49,028 bases of DNA from Choristocarpus tenellus KU-1152 (Eukaryota; Protista; Phaeophyceae). Of the stretch, positions 48,074 through 49,028 are shown one piece after another (the first letter of the stretch is position 1; each line of letters opens with the position of its first letter). Location of the stretch: the NCBI GenBank assembly GCA_964200185.2, contig CAXNAD020000010.1, forward strand, positions 1 through 49,028, written 5' to 3'. The notes under the pieces are model-generated. The model was not told where the DNA came from. It searched no databases and saw nothing but the letters and a program-made list of their open reading frames with translations. A program made the translations under genes and the position numbers.

Positions 48074-49028
48074 TGTGCAATATAGGCTGGTACTCTATAT
48101 ATAGGTTCTTATGTGTCTCGTAACTAGCATTGTGAAACAGAGATGTTGACTGAGCGGATTAATTTTCCATTACCAGTTTCCGTTCACATAAACTGGTAGG
48201 TTCGAGCTCGATGTGTTGATTTTTGTTATTTCTGCCTAATAAAAGTAGCTGAAACAGGACGGCTGGCGCAGCTACGACTGACGCACAACAAGTGACGTAG
48301 TGCTAGTGAAACAGACAAATTTTGTTTGACATGTCTGCCAATATATCAAATAGATAACGAGGCAGAGTACCATCTCTAGAAATGCTGCTCACTCAGCTAA
48401 TAAATTCATCCATACCAAATAGAGAAAAAACTCTATTCGAATAGCTCTCTTTTGAACAGGTTATGAGCCTTACATGTGTGGAAGCGGACCCACGTAAGCT
48501 GCCACTATGGAGTAGCACGCGGGGGTATACAAGGGAGAAGTGCGCAGAATAGTAGATTGTGATAGTGAGCTATGCAGGCGGCAAGGGACTGTACCGAATC
48601 CTCTAACCGGGCATACCACATCCTTGCACCTCCTACCGATGATACATTGTTTGGGGAACACAGCGCTGCGGTCCAGCGGCCCATGCAGCTCATAGCTCTC
48701 GAGATGAAGCTGCGTGACATGTACTGCTTGTCGGTGGAGGACGCTACCGACTTCGGCATCCGTCTCGATCACGTCTGGACAGAGTACGAGCAGCCGGAGG
48801 CGGCCAAGGAGGACCAAGCCAAGAAGGGGGAGTCTCTGATCATCGGCATCAGGGACAGCATGCCACAGGTGTTTGCACAGCTGTCCACAGCTCCAGACCT
48901 CACCTACAAACTCTAAAATGCCATCATCTCCTCCTCTTCATAGACGACCACGGAAGTGACGGGGAAAACAACCAGGAGCTCGGAGGATATGGCGCTTCAC
49001 ACAGGTGCAGGGACAGACAGGGAAACGG
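48074..49028 (+). mobile_element. Copia family 2, 5' part (LTR 48074-48458, PBS, gag) running off the window
   Basis: TGTGCAAT...TTTGAACA, PBS GGTTATGAGCC at 48459-48469, gag-like ORF 48572-48916. Confidence 0.85.

Noticed and set aside
44500-48215. Bona fide tRNA genes within the LTRs or introns
   Set aside because: No complete cloverleaf or acceptor stem could be drawn. Reported only as tRNA-like promoter cassettes.

Overview
Eukaryotic, intron-rich, transposon-rich DNA. Protein style, intron pattern and TTAGGG-type repeats suggest a stramenopile or brown-algal relative, but this is inference only. A compact island of three conserved spliced genes was reconstructed exon by exon: the nuclear-exosome helicase MTR4 (+, 22 exons, about 1053 aa), a TMX2-like thioredoxin membrane protein (-, 7 exons, about 271 aa) whose stop codon is only 5 bp from the MTR4 stop, and the divergent proteasome subunit beta-6/PSMB1 (+, 4 exons, about 254 aa). 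The left flank (1-8.9 kb) is decayed, CpG-depleted DNA with four alternating copies of a ~260-bp TIR element. The right flank holds a DD39D mariner relic and a diverged ~117-bp tandem array split by a 6.4-kb insertion block. That block contains a complete but non-autonomous Ty1/copia element (321-bp LTRs, TCCAA TSD). Beyond it is a nest of a second copia family. The most intriguing signal is that all four near-complete LTRs of this second family carry a tRNA-like cassette (A-box, stem, B-box at 51-52 nt spacing) resembling an RNA Pol III promoter, and the family has repeatedly inserted into itself.
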